The notes under the pieces: generated by a model
What the model was told of the DNA's origin: nothing
Database searches by the model: none
Seen by the model: only the letters and a program-made list of their open reading frames with translations
Origin: Nemertoderma westbladi
Lineage: Eukaryota; Animalia; Xenacoelomorpha
Assembly (NCBI GenBank): GCA_032718475.1
Contig: JAUCBJ010000877.1
Coordinates: forward strand, 196,109 to 260,108
DNA: 64,000 nt
Direction of reading: 5' to 3'
Program-made: the position numbers and the translations under genes
In this document: positions 1 through 11,869 of the stretch, piece after piece
Layout: every line of letters begins with the position of its first letter
Numbering within the stretch: the first letter of the stretch is position 1

Positions 1-750
1 AAGTCTCCCAGGAATGTTAAGAATGCATGCTTATCCACTCCATCAGTAGCTGCTTGTAGATTGTGGTAGAAATTTTCCACCTCTTCTACAGGGGCAACAC
101 TAGTTGGAGAGTAGCACACAATCAGAACCACCTTAGGAAACTTCTTAGCCAGTCTTCCAGAACATGAGAAGTGGCAACGGATGATGCGGTTAGTGATTTG
201 GTCTATTTTGTCCAATGCTGCATGTGCAGTTGGATTCATCAATAGACCAATTCCACCATTGCCACCATCATCTGCTGACGCGAGGGCGAGTCGCCAACCG
301 CCCCCCATGTCCTTAATCAGAACCTCATCAGTCTGTCCAGTCTGCATTCGGTGCTCTTGAACACCCACTGCGCTAAGAGAAAGCTTATCTGCCAAGGCAG
401 TCAGCTCACCTTGTCGCATTGGGGACCCGAGTGAGAGGGTGTTTACGGAGGCTAGTCTAGTGACTTGCCTCAGATTCACCAATGGCTTTGTTGGTCGGGG
501 TGGAACATGAGAGTAGCCTCCAACTCCAGAATCCCTCTCCCCATCACAATCTGGCCTCCCTGGTGACCCAGGGTTTGGGCTAGAAAGGTCATCAGGAAAG
601 GGACTCAAAGAATTGTTAGCTGCTCTCTCTCCAGTAGGGGGTGAGACAGGCAGCCGGTCAGGAGTTAACTGACGCCTGTGAGCTTATATACCAGTTTAAC
701 CATAATGGAATAGCATAGCACGGGCCAAAGGGGCATTATTACAAGTAGAA
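1..750 (-). mobile_element. 5' end of an RTE-like non-LTR retrotransposon (AP endonuclease domain), running off the window edge
   Basis: Manual minus-strand translation is open from about 683 to 1: RLASVNTLSL...AVGVQEHR...GNGGIGLLM...NRII...VCYSPT...EEVENFY...FLGD, the APE motifs of RTE-type LINEs. The 5' boundary is approximate. Confidence 0.8.
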
Positions 751-949
751 TGTGTGTATAATGGCACTAGATGGCGTAAAAACCCTTAGCAAATAATTAT
801 TTAATTGAAACGGCCAATATTATACCGTAACTAGCTTTATCAATATAAAATGGTGTTTTGAGCTAAAAATCAGTAAAATAAGTAATCTAAAAAGGCAGAA
901 TTAATGAATGCATCAACAGTACTAGTTATTTGAAATACTCTGGCCTATT

Positions 950-1660
950 ATGGCGTGGTTTTTTCAACATATAGTTTCGACTCTAACATTAATTATGGGT
1001 ATAGAACGATTATCAGCTCTGTATTTTCCAATTTTCTATAAAGATTCGAAATTGAAAAATAACAACATAATTTATTTAGTGGCGCTATTAACCATTGTGA
1101 TGACAGCTTTTTTCCAATGGCCAATTTTATTGCATAATGTTGGTGAAATAAGATATTTTGATGGTGAAAGGAAATATTTGATTCTAGAAGGATTTTATGA
1201 GGCACACACGTGTATAACGGATACATATTTCTGGAATATTTTAGTCCTATAAGGCAAACCATACAAGTTCTATCAGTGTGAGTTATAAACGGCCTTATGA
1301 TAAGTTAAAGAAGCTTGTTAAATTAAACCCGAATTCTCCATCGACAGCTAAAATGGCTGGAGCTGTAAAAATGATGTTAATAACAGCGACACTAAATAGT
1401 ATCAAGGATTTCTTAAGTGTCGTCTGGAACACAATTTATGCTTATCAAAAGCCCTTGGAAAATGCATTCATTCCGCAGATGGCAAATCTGGGGGGATATT
1501 CAAATTTATTCATTTGGAGATTTGCCGATCATATTCAGCCTACATTTCAACTTTGGGTTGTTTCATTTATGGTGTCAATTTCTATGTCATGTATATTTTT
1601 GTAGGGAGTTTTCGGAAAGCTGTCAAATCAAACGTATTTAAGTGCGGCGAAAAAAGTATT
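950..1660 (+). pseudogene. Rhodopsin-class GPCR remnant (TM3 to helix 8) with a frameshift and stops
   Basis: IERLSALYFP matches the DRY-region pattern [DE]RxxAxxxP and is followed by hydrophobic segments. ORFs 950-1252 and 1278-1604 are in different frames; an FRKAV helix-8-like motif follows the stop at 1604. Confidence 0.6.
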
Positions 1661-1831
1661 AATTAGGCCATTATTTATTGTGTATTGCGGTGACATACCT
1701 TTTTCTCCCTTAATATTTACATATACTGTATTTTACAATAGTGTTTAAGGCCCAACGTTCATATCCAGGAAGTATGTATAAATTTCACACTGTTGTGTTG
1801 TGTCCCTTTGCTTTCTATATTCATTGAATTA

Positions 1832-2166
1832 TTTATTAGCAAGTCGTAGGACTTGATTACTGTGAGAATTGTTGGCTGATTGACTGGCTGGCTGACTGAC
1901 TGGCTGGCTGACTGACTGATCTACAGCCAAAACTACTCTAACGATTTTGATGAATTTTTCACAGCGGCTAGATACCGCGATTTTAAGGTCCCTGGCATGA
2001 TCGGCTACTCCGTCCATAGCCTCTGGGTTCGAAAAATAAACGTAAACGAAAAAACGCCATAGGCGCAATGGTTAAATAACACCAATGACAGCTTGTTGAT
2101 GGAATTTACATTTGATTGATGACTTCCGACTTGCTTAACGGCATCTTGACGCCGTCTCTAGTAGTT
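1832..2166 (+). mobile_element. Non-autonomous Helentron-type (DINE-1/HINE-like) element
   Basis: Subterminal inverted repeats AGCAAGTCG (1838-1846) and CGACTTGCT (2127-2135), an internal (GACT/GGCT)n microsatellite at about 1872-1920, and a 3' hairpin ACGGCATCTTGACGCCGT (2138-2155) followed by CTAGT. Confidence 0.65.
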
Positions 2167-2619
2167 AAAGTTAGGCAATAAAATTTACATAACTTTAGGT
2201 ACAATGGGAAGACAAGCTTCACAACTGGTGGAGTGAAGTTTTTTAATAGTTACAGAGTTTTTACCCTTGGAGTTAGAGTGGTACATTCCCCTCCTTTCAG
2301 GCAACAGCCAAGAGAGAGGAGCCTTCGGCTTGCCTCCAGTGTTTTGTGTTTCACGTTCACCACTAACTTTAATTTACTTTATTTAATTCCTTCCAAAATC
2401 ATATACATAGTAATGCGATATATAAGTACTACTAATTAAATATATAAATGCTACTAAAGCGCTAGATACATCATTGTTACTATGCAATATATCAATGTTA
2501 CACCTGTAACCAGTAAACTATTTCCTATCGTCGTAATGTATGTATGTATGTTGTTCAACCTTTGTTGTTCTCAACTTCCACTGTAATTTGTAGCCCTAAT
2601 ACGACTAGGGGGTGGGTCC

Positions 2620-2890
2620 GGGAGGGGGATTCAGCGGTCCAGAAAACTAAAAATGAGTAGAACTTGGTGTATTTGGTGTATTTTCAAAATATCGAATTTT
2701 ATTAAAATTTGAAGTGCCACTACCACTTGTTAAGTTCAATTTTCGGAAATAGAATATAATAATATTCGATTCAGCGTCTTAAGAATCCTACTACAGCTAG
2801 CCAACAATTCCGAACTCCTGGGACTACTTCCATTTTTCATGAAAATTATTATACCCAGCTTATGAAATTTTCATTTTTTAGTTTTGAAAA
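2620..2890 (-). mobile_element. Degenerate fragment related to the left subterminal region of the piggyBac at 53672
   Basis: The reverse complement aligns by eye to about 53820-54130 (for example TCGATTCAGCGTCTT, AAATTTGAAGTGCCAC, CCTGGGACTACTT). Confidence 0.6.
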
Positions 2891-3139
2891 TGTTCTTTGA
2901 TTATGTTTTCATCTACAGACCAAATTTCGAAGAATTTCACAAAATGAATACAAAAATATATTGCATATCATGACTACAGTATACAATATAATGATAATTT
3001 AAAAACAACATCTTTAATTAGATAGTAGTCATTAATAGGAAACTGCTAGGACTAGAGGTCCAAATATTATATATTTATATTTATTTTTGATGTAATATTA
3101 TTGTTTAGAAATGGTAAAAACTAGGAAGCACGTCGCCAG

Positions 3140-3212
3140 TGGTTGAACTCAGCGCCTTACATACGTTTCGGCCTATAAGGCCTCATCAGTATCGCTAACC
3201 AGTTCAGCCAAT
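3140..3212 (-). ncRNA. Type I hammerhead ribozyme motif (PLE/retrozyme-like); stem I imperfect
   Basis: Minus strand reads AGCGATA-CTGATGA-GGCCT TAT AGGCC-GAAA-CGTATGTA-AGGCGCT: full catalytic core, perfect stem II, short stem III, and distal stem I pairing (AGCG/CGCT, TGAACT/AGTTCA). Confidence 0.7.
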
Positions 3213-5404
3213 TGCCCCTGACACTTCTCCCATCGAATCCATTTATATTGATGATGGAGTCTTAAAAGTTGCATATCCTAATACAATATATATAAAAATG
3301 CTGATATAAATATATGGATATGTGTATATAAATACCCATATCCAATTCAGCTAATTTATATTTATTTTAACGGAATATATGATAAATGCACTTATAATTA
3401 TAGCATTTCTCCAATCTCTATTTAAAACAATATATAGGAATAATTCTATAACAATTTATGAATTCAGAGAGGTTTTTTTGATGAAATAATTATAATGTTA
3501 TTGGTAATTTACTTACTATAAACAGTTTTTAATAAAATAACATGTTTTACTTGTGGTACTTTTATTACAAAGAACTACTTCGTTGTCGCGATAAGTTTTC
3601 CAAATGCGGATGTGGGTTCAAACCTAGAAGTTCAGCTAAATGTTTTTGGTTTGTTTGAACTAAACTCTCGCAGAAAGTCTTAAAATCACTATAGGGTCGT
3701 TTCTTTATTTGCTCTATCAATTCGTTGTTACAATCAAATAAATTTGTCTTTGATCTTATAATGCCAATACCGAAGCTATTTAAAACTAATTCACTTTGCA
3801 GGATTATAATGAGCGCCTCATGCTCCATTTCTATAGCCAGTTCGTGCTGATATTTCGTCAATAAAACCTTGTGTTGATGTCGATCAAATTTAATTTCAGA
3901 CCGTGAATCTTCCAGAAACAAGAAGAGATCTGCCAATCTTCCTTGGTTAGATTCTCTCAAACTCTCGCAGAAAACTTCAAAATCCTTATAAGGCCTTTTC
4001 TTAATATAGTCAATGAGATCACAGTTTTTTTGAAGGGAGGTGGGCCTGGACTTAATTAATTGAACACAATTGTTACTAAGAACGTGTCTGCTTTCAAGGA
4101 TAGGAAGTAAATTGGTTGGGTCAAGGCTTTTTGCCAATGTATATTGGAGTCTTGTTAGCATATATTAGTGATGCCTATTAAATTTAAGTTCTCTTTTATG
4201 GTCTTCTAGAAACAAAGGAAGTTCACCTATAATATGACTTTGATTGGTGGCTTTCAAACCCTCATAGAAAATTCGAATTTGATAAAATCGAAGCCCTCTA
4301 ATATGATTAATAAGATAATTATTTTTTTCAATAGTTGTTACTTTTGATTGGATTATTTCGACAATAGATTTACTGATAACTGATTTGCTTTGAAGATATA
4401 TTAGGAGTTCACCAATCTCCATATGTTCAGCTATAATATCCAGCAGCTTTTCTCGATGAAATGATTCCAATGTTGTTGCTAATTTACATTTTATAAACCA
4501 TTTTCGATAGAACAATGTTGTTACGTCTATCCCACTTGTATCACAATGAACCACTTCGTTTTCCAGACAAGATTCCAAACTTATGAAGTGAAAAGATCCT
4601 TCCAGTAAGTAATATGTTCTGGTTTTATGTCATCTCGAACAGTTACTATTCTAGAAAACATATTATTTAACCATTCAGTGTTTAGTATCACTGTGTCTTT
4701 CAATTGATCATCATCAAAATATATTAGTGTGCCTCTATCATGGTAAAAGTTTAACATTGTTTTTAACCCTGAAGTGTCAAAACTTACTTGAACTTCATTT
4801 AATTTTTCCTCTAAATCAACAACATCAATATAATCTATATCCTTTTTCATTAGTATGAACACAAGTTGTTCAAATTTAATATATTGCAAAGGAATTTCCT
4901 CTTTGAATTTCACCATTTCGTTTACAATATTTTTCTTTAATGCTTCCAGTTCATGATCCTTCGAAGATCTTAATGTGCCATTATTTTCTATGCCATGATA
5001 TCCTTTAATAAGTCCGGAGTAAGGTTTGTTTTGAACTGAACTTCTAATTTCTCTAAACTGCATAGACAACCATTTCTTTGAGTCATTATTAACACATCCC
5101 TTATGTGTTCCAACCACAAAAACTGGTGGATGTAAACCATTACCTTGAGTACTGCATGATTTGGTGCTAAAACTATATATATTTCTCATCCATAAATCAA
5201 TGAAATCAATGTTTCTCATGGTGGTATAAAGTTTATAAATGTTTTTATCATCATCTCTGACTACAATGTCAGCCTCTTTATGAAGATCTTGAGATAGATC
5301 AAAAACTAGTAAATAAATAGCTTGTCTGCTCAGAAATATCGGATGAGTTGTATAGTAAATGCACTGGCCACCAAAATCTAGAATCTTCAAGGAAAAATGG
5401 TTAT

Positions 5405-8400
5405 TTTTTTTAAAACAAGGTGCCTAAACGGGGTAAAAGGTTTATTCTTTTATACAGGTGGAGCAATAAGTTTAAAATTAATTAAAATTTTACAATTAGT
5501 TGGAATGAAATACGATTCAGTACGAATATCAAAGTCTCATGGCTGTGGTGAACCAATTTTCTTTTAGTGATATGGGTGGCTGGCCAGTTCTGTCAGAGAG
5601 GGGCAGCAATCGCAGTTGAGAGCGTGGTATCTGTCCACGGCTGAGTTCTTACAATATTTACAAATACATTGCGATGACAGCTCGTGGAAAGGGGTGCAGG
5701 TCAAGCAGATGAGGTAGTGAAACCCATGGGCGGTTGCCCTGGTGACAGTGTGCCGGTTTCTCTGCTGTGAGGATTTCCAACTCGAAGTTGTGAAGGCTGG
5801 GCCCCTTGTGTAACCCTGCCGGTTGAAGTTTTCTGTGCGTTCGGTTCGGTAAGAGCGATATTGGTCTAATGCTGTAGGGTTGAATAGCGTGGGGTTTACG
5901 ATAAGGAGATCTTCAATGAATGTTTTTTCTCCTATAGCTTTAATGGCCATGGTTGTTGATGAGTTGGATGGTAGGGAGAGCACCCTTTTAATAAACTTTG
6001 ATTTGATTTTATCCAGTTCTTTCATGTGTGCAACTGTAAAGAAGCAACCGATCTCTACAAGACCATATGATACCATTGGCTGTATTTTCATTGCGAAGAT
6101 CTTCATTGCGGTACATATTGACAGTCTGTTTAAATTTCGAAGACAACCAATCGCTGCATAAGATTTCCGTTTTCTTTTGTTAACATGTTTGGTAAAAGTG
6201 AGGGTCGGTTGCAAGGTTATGCCAAGATATTCGTATTCATTGCAGATGAGAACTTCTTTTCCCCCGTAGTAGAATTTATCGTTAATACACAGCCGGCCAC
6301 CTTTACGGAACTTCATTATTTTTGTTTTAGAGAGGTTCACTTCCATTGAATTATTTATACACCATTCTTCTAGGACATCAAGACCGCGTTGGATAACTTG
6401 TGGATTCGAAGAATAAAAGGCTAGATCGTCCGCAAAGAATATGAATCGTATCGCTCTCGATATTGCACGGAGTGCAGTTGCGAGGCTGGTAATAAAAATT
6501 ATGAAGCAAGTTGGGGAGAATGAGTCTCCTTGCAGAATTCCTCGCAACTGTATGATCGGTTTTGATAGGCTGAAACCGTCGGATATTTTTATTGTATTTG
6601 TTAATAATGCCTTAATGAAGCCGAATAATTTCCCCTTTATTTCGAAATCATTATATATCTTGCCACGGAGCAAGGCTCGGTTCACTAGGTCGAATGCCTT
6701 TTTAAAATCAACAAAGGCTACATACATTACACGGTCTTCTTTTGAGTGAAGGGCTTTGTTAATATCTGAGACGAGTTTCCTTATTGCTTGCATATTTGAT
6801 CTCCCTGGTATAAATCCATATTGCTCATCTGGGAACAGGTGGGATATGTTCCGTTGAACCCGTTTGTTTAGTATGGAGGTTAATAATTTTAGGAAAACAC
6901 AGATAAGAGCGATACCTCTATAGTTATTTGGGTCCAGCAGGCTCCCTTTCCCCTTGTATATAGCCTTGATGATGCTACATGTCCATGACAGTGGGATTGC
7001 GCCCATGTTTAGGCAGAAGTTGAAAAGGAGAGTTATAATTGTAATTAGGAGGGGACCTGCAGCTTTTAAATGTTCGTAAAATATTCCATCTGGGCCGCAG
7101 GCTTTCTTTGATGCAGAGTTCTGTATAGCATCGCTTACCTCTTGTTCTCTGATTGGCTCATTGTACCACTCTTCAACACATTTCTCCTGTTCAGATGGCG
7201 AAGGTGGGGTGCTGCTTCCGGGAGGGTCCAGTCTTACACCCAATAAATTGTCGAAGTGGGTCCTCAGAGTTGCTGGTTCTATGGGGATTGATTTCGCCAG
7301 TTTCCCCTCTTTGAAGATCATCCAAGGTTTGATCTCCGCCTGTTTTAAGTTTTCGAGTAGCATTTCTTCCTCATACGCTATTTTCTTGTTTTTCAGTAAG
7401 GCTTTATATTTCTTCCTATTCGCCCAGTACAGGTCATTGTTAGCAGGCGAGTTTTGGCGGTTGGCCATCATCTCAAGTAGTTGGTGCTTGCAAGTCCTGC
7501 ACTCGTCATCGAACCATGGTTTATTGTGGTGGTCTGAGACTTTATTGGGGGGGCATGACGCAGAGTTTATTGTTTCTGTTAGGTATGCTGTCGCTGCGTC
7601 GATGTCTTCCTTTTCTAAGAAGAATTCGATCCAGTCTTCATTAAGTTCCTGCTCAAGGCGGTTAAGGTTTAGAGTCCTGCTACTTCGAAAAACAGGTTCT
7701 GGGTTACATTCACCATTTTCTTTGGAGTACTCCATTGATAGATGCATTTTCTGGTGCTTCCTGATAGGATTGCTCTCTAAGCTGACCGTGATGTTTGTGC
7801 ATCGGTGGGAAGTGGGGTTTCTTATATAGAGAAGATCTATAGTACTCTCGCCCTGGGGAGAGATATATGTCTTTAATTTCGGATTATTGAGTAACTCGAA
7901 CCCAATATCTTGGAGTGATTCTGTCAGGTCGTTTCCCCTATCCCCCGAATCGATCCGACAGTTGAAATCCCCACCAAGAGTTATTGTGTCATCAGCATCT
8001 GTGTATGTTAGTGATTCGTTTATTGCAAATATTACTTCTTCTACAGGAGTGTCGGGGGTAAAATAGAAGACAATATAAATTCCAGCCATTGTCTTAATTG
8101 CCATGTATTCATTTGTTTTGATAAGTAGTTGAGGATCTAATTTTGGAACAGCTAGGACAATTAGACCTCCAGATGGGCGGCCATATTGATTCTTTTTTGC
8201 TGGTTGGACGAAAGGTTTATATGGGGCGCTGCAAATATTTTCTTCTACTTGAAACGTTTCGGTTAGTAATAGTATGTCAGAGTTACTAAATAGTTCTTTA
8301 GGGTTTAGATTTGTTTGTAGGTAGTTCCATCCTTCCACATTCCACAGCGAAACATTGATTTTACTTTTAGAGATTGGTTGTCAATCCGCTCCGTTACCGT

Positions 8401-8520
8401 CTACACGAGGGGCTGTCGCCGTCACATGTTGGGTTTCCTGGCGGTGGCGGTGTTGTACCCGCGGGCGTAGGCCAAATGATTCTCTCTCGGCGTTGGTCAA
8501 TTCTCTCTCGGCGTTGGTCA
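5405..8520 (-). mobile_element. 5'-truncated non-LTR retrotransposon (RTEX-like) with intact ORF2
   Basis: 12-bp TSD AAAAATGGTTAT (5393-5404 and 8521-8532); the empty site is visible in the intact gene copy at about 48019. Short poly(A) tail and a 21-bp tandem duplication at the 5' junction (8479-8520). Confidence 0.93.
5564..8380 (-). CDS. LINE ORF2: AP endonuclease, reverse transcriptase, C-terminal Cys/His motif
   Basis: WNVEG, LLTETF, GGDFN, STIDL (APE); NYRGIAL, FVDFKKAFD, GILQGDSFSP, FFADD (RT); CKYC...HALNC. The frame is open up to the TGA at 8383-8381 with no ATG start. Confidence 0.92.
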   Translation of the reverse strand, partial: QPISKSKINVSLWNVEGWNYLQTNLNPKELFSNSDILLLTETFQVEENICSAPYKPFVQPAKKNQYGRPSGGLIVLAVPKLDPQLLIKTNEYMAIKTMAGIYIVFYFTPDTPVEEVIFAINESLTYTDADDTITLGGDFNCRIDSGDRGNDLTESLQDIGFELLNNPKLKTYISPQGESTIDLLYIRNPTSHRCTNITVSLESNPIRKHQKMHLSMEYSKENGECNPEPVFRSSRTLNLNRLEQELNEDWIEFFLEKEDIDAATAYLTETINSASCPPNKVSDHHNKPWFDDECRTCKHQLLEMMANRQNSPANNDLYWANRKKYKALLKNKKIAYEEEMLLENLKQAEIKPWMIFKEGKLAKSIPIEPATLRTHFDNLLGVRLDPPGSSTPPSPSEQEKCVEEWYNEPIREQEVSDAIQNSASKKACGPDGIFYEHLKAAGPLLITIITLLFNFCLNMGAIPLSWTCSIIKAIYKGKGSLLDPNNYRGIALICVFLKLLTSILNKRVQRNISHLFPDEQYGFIPGRSNMQAIRKLVSDINKALHSKEDRVMYVAFVDFKKAFDLVNRALLRGKIYNDFEIKGKLFGFIKALLTNTIKISDGFSLSKPIIQLRGILQGDSFSPTCFIIFITSLATALRAISRAIRFIFFADDLAFYSSNPQVIQRGLDVLEEWCINNSMEVNLSKTKIMKFRKGGRLCINDKFYYGGKEVLICNEYEYLGITLQPTLTFTKHVNKRKRKSYAAIGCLRNLNRLSICTAMKIFAMKIQPMVSYGLVEIGCFFTVAHMKELDKIKSKFIKRVLSLPSNSSTTMAIKAIGEKTFIEDLLIVNPTLFNPTALDQYRSYRTERTENFNRQGYTRGPAFTTSSWKSSQQRNRHTVTRATAHGFHYLICLTCTPFHELSSQCICKYCKNSAVDRYHALNCDCCPSLTELASHPYH

Positions 8521-9739
8521 AAAAATGGTTATCTTCTTTGATAAATTTAGCTAATATTTCTTCAGGTTTTCCAGATGAAAGTATATCTTTTATGCGACAT
8601 AGAATATCTGTTGGAATAGGTGGCATGATTTGGTCATTTGTATTATCTAGCAGAAAATAATTTTTCGCAGTCGATTTCGGTTTTTTTCTTTTACCCACAT
8701 ATTTAGTCTTTGATTTTCTAGATTTTTTATTCCTTTTACTTACTAAGACTTTAGTGGCTCCTTTTAAAGGGTAGCAAAATCTACTGTTACTTCTCGATCT
8801 GTTCTCACTCAATTTTTGGAGTCCGTCATTATTATGGTTAACAGCACAACTATCCACTGTTGAATAGTTCGATGCGGCATTGGTTCCAATTGAATCTCCA
8901 CTATGATAATTACTTTCTAAAACAGATCTTGCAATTTGGTTTGCAAAAATCCCATTAATTTCAGGACCAAATGTATCGTTATCTCTCATGTTAGTCCAAT
9001 CACTGTATTGATCAGCATATATATAACAGTTTGTTGAAGAATCCACACCATCTGTTAAAGGCTCATTCTCCATGAAGGACAGGCCAATAAGAGCCTTCTT
9101 TAAACTTGTCTTGCCAGCTCTCTCTTGTCCAACTAACATTAGCCTGGTTTTCATCATCCATGTTGCACCAATCGATAGAGCTTTTTGATAAGCAGATAAT
9201 GCCTCAGATTAGATCCTAATTGACAGGTGTCATCAATTAATTAGTACAATTAAACCCTAACAGGTGTCATATGACTCCTAATTAGGGTTTAATTGATTAT
9301 CCTAATTAATCAGACTGATTAGCGCCCTGACACACAATGGGTCATCAGTTGGGTCTAACTGTCACCGAGAGGAGCAAAGGGTGTCATAAGTGACACCGCG
9401 GCTCTTTTATTTATTAATACCTATTTATTTATATTTAATTTTAATTAATTATTTGTATTTTATTTTACTTTATTTATTTGTATTTAATTCTAAATTAATT
9501 ATTCATTTGTACTTTATTTTAAATTAATAAATTGTATTAACTTTACTTTATACATTGATTTCTATTTTTAGATTAATTAGTTTTTATATTACTCTTATAT
9601 ATATCCAGACAGCTTTATCGTTGACCTTTGACCCCCAATTAGCTATAACCAAGCAACAGCTTATTAATAATAGTTGTATCCAAGCACCCCACCCCCTCTC
9701 GTGACACCTCTGATTACTAATTACTCTTACCTATATCCA

Positions 9740-10222
9740 GCCGTCTGCAGTTCCATAGTCTGCCGCTAGAGGGCATATTATCTGAAAATTAACATCTTCT
9801 CTAACTTTGTTATTTTCATTCCGAATAGGTTTAAACTCGGTAGGCATCTACTACAGCATAGGTCATATCTTTTGCGGAGTCATAGAGTTGTCTGAAGTTC
9901 CCCTGTCTGCCGTTAGAGGGCGTATTATTTGAAAATTAACATCTTCTCTAGCTTTGTTATTTACAATCCGCAAAACTATGAAGTTATATTGCTTAAGAGT
10001 TTAAGGGGCGAGCCATGAGGCAAGATGTTTGAGGCTTATTTAGATATATTATTACTTAATTTTGACCCCCCAATCGGCATCTACTACGGCATAGGTCATA
10101 TCTTTTGCGGAGACATAGAGTAGTCTGAAGTTCCCCCGTCTGCCGCTAGAGGGCGTATTATTTGAAAATTAACATCTTCTCTAGCTTTGTTATTTACAAT
10201 CCGCAAAACAATGAAGTTATAT
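9740..10222. repeat. ~239-bp subterminal tandem repeat of the host DNA element (continues at 26149-26310)
   Basis: GTCTGCCG(C/T)TAGAGGGC...GAAAATTAACATCTTCTCTA recurs at about 9758, 9906 and 10138, and partially at 26298. Confidence 0.85.
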
Positions 10223-11869
10223 TGTGACGGGATCCGAGAGGATCCCGGTTTATCCGGTGTTGTTTATGTACGCGTCAGGCCGCACCGTGTGGTTGGAAAA
10301 GAGTTTGTATTGTTCTAGTGTTGTTGTTAATGATATAAGATATATATGTGGTACAATGTACAGATGTAGGTACAATAGCAGATAGCGGTAATACACGTTA
10401 ATAGACCGGTAATATGGGTGACGGCGGCGACGGTCTTAATTGTCACCGTACTGCTGTGACTGCACTGAGATAACTGAATGAATGATACGCAACTGGTAGT
10501 ATATATTGCACGGTTGGCCATATTGCTGTACCCAGTCTATGCTTCCCCCCTATTGGCTAATAACCCTGTTGTGGCCCTTCTGCTTCCCCTGGAGGGTTTC
10601 CCTTCGCCCCTGTTGCTCTCTCTCTCTCTCAGGGGTATAACCCCTGACCCTCATTGTGTGTGTGTGCCTTTCTCCTTCCCACTTTGTTGGGATGACACGA
10701 GGTTGATTGCTCACCCTAGTGTTCCCCAATATTGCTTAACGGCTCACTTTATGGGGTAGTTAGTGGAATTGGATAAGCTAACACTCCCCCCCATGCTATC
10801 TTCCCGGTGAGAAGATAGCATCTACCTCTAGTGCGCTACAATTCCGCTGGATCCCGACCTAGTATCGGGTGTGGGGTGGAACTATTTTCTTTCGGAGCCG
10901 GCTTTCCAGGCCGCTCCCTATGGGTATGTTAATGCTATCCGTTTGTCTGGCGTCCCGTGTCAGGCTGATCGTGCGCTTCTCTCACACAACTTTTGTTTCC
11001 CCGACACTTTCGCCCTAACTCTCCTCCACTCTCACCCTAACTCTCGCATACTCTCGGATCTCCTCGTCCCACACTCTTCCTCTCACTTCTCCCCCCCCCC
11101 CCACACTTGAATTGCGCCCACACTCTCTCCACACTATCTCCACACCACCTCTCGCTATCTCTCTTGCGTTCTCCTCCCATACTCTTCTCACATTCCTCTC
11201 ATACTCCTCTCGTACTCCTCGCTCTCCACGCCTGTGGTCCCACCAAGTGCCCCTCCTACTCGTATCCCTGTAGTGCCCATCCGCACGATTCTTATCCCGG
11301 AGGATACGAGCTTTCACAGTAAATCCTGAACTCCACCTGTTGTTCAATGACCACACACTTATCGGGTCCCACACATGTGTACATCATGTTAGTGGGAGCC
11401 GTCTAAGTCCCGTCCTGTCGCCCTAGTCAATTAGTCCCCAGTCCCAGTAGCTAATTGGAAAAGGTTGTGCTTGACTACGGTACATACTGTATAATATATA
11501 TATACGAGTTATTATATAATTTTTTATAATATTATAATTATAATTATTATATGTATTATGTTATATGCTCGTCTACATAACGCGCTTCATTCCTACTACC
11601 CACTACTCTCTCTCCGCCTTTCTCGCCTGGCGACTTCTTCCAGTCGCTTCCCCTCCAGTCTTTCCGCTTCCAACTTCTCCCAGCTCTCTTGTGTATCCAC
11701 CTCCCTGTCTACTGGATGCCGGCTGTTGTATTACGCCGACTCGCCCTCCAGCCCCGGGTGGTCTACCAGACCTCCGAAAGCCACCTAGAAGGCCCTTCTG
11801 TAGTTCGGAGGTGATCCTGATATTTGCCCCTATTCTGTGCTATTACCCTATCTACCCTTTCTAGCTACT

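Larger units (their letters stand above)
3226..9208 (-). pseudogene. Partial tandem duplicate of the Roc-COR-3xCARD gene, including 3' flank
   Basis: Near-identical to 45194-48706. Lesions: no 5' part (breaks at 9208), LINE insertion 5405-8520, 658-bp frameshifting deletion at about 4594 (equivalent to 46563-47220, AA microhomology), and CAA>TAA nonsense at 4162-4164. Confidence 0.92.

Noticed and set aside
610-750. HDV-like ribozyme in the RTE 5' region
   Set aside because: A P4-like stem followed by CTAA is present on the minus strand, but I could not build P1, P2 and P3.
5880-7829. Antisense ORFs over the LINE (and likewise over the BEL genes and the WD40 exon, e.g. 50503-51078)
   Set aside because: Shadow frames of real coding sequence with no recognisable motifs.
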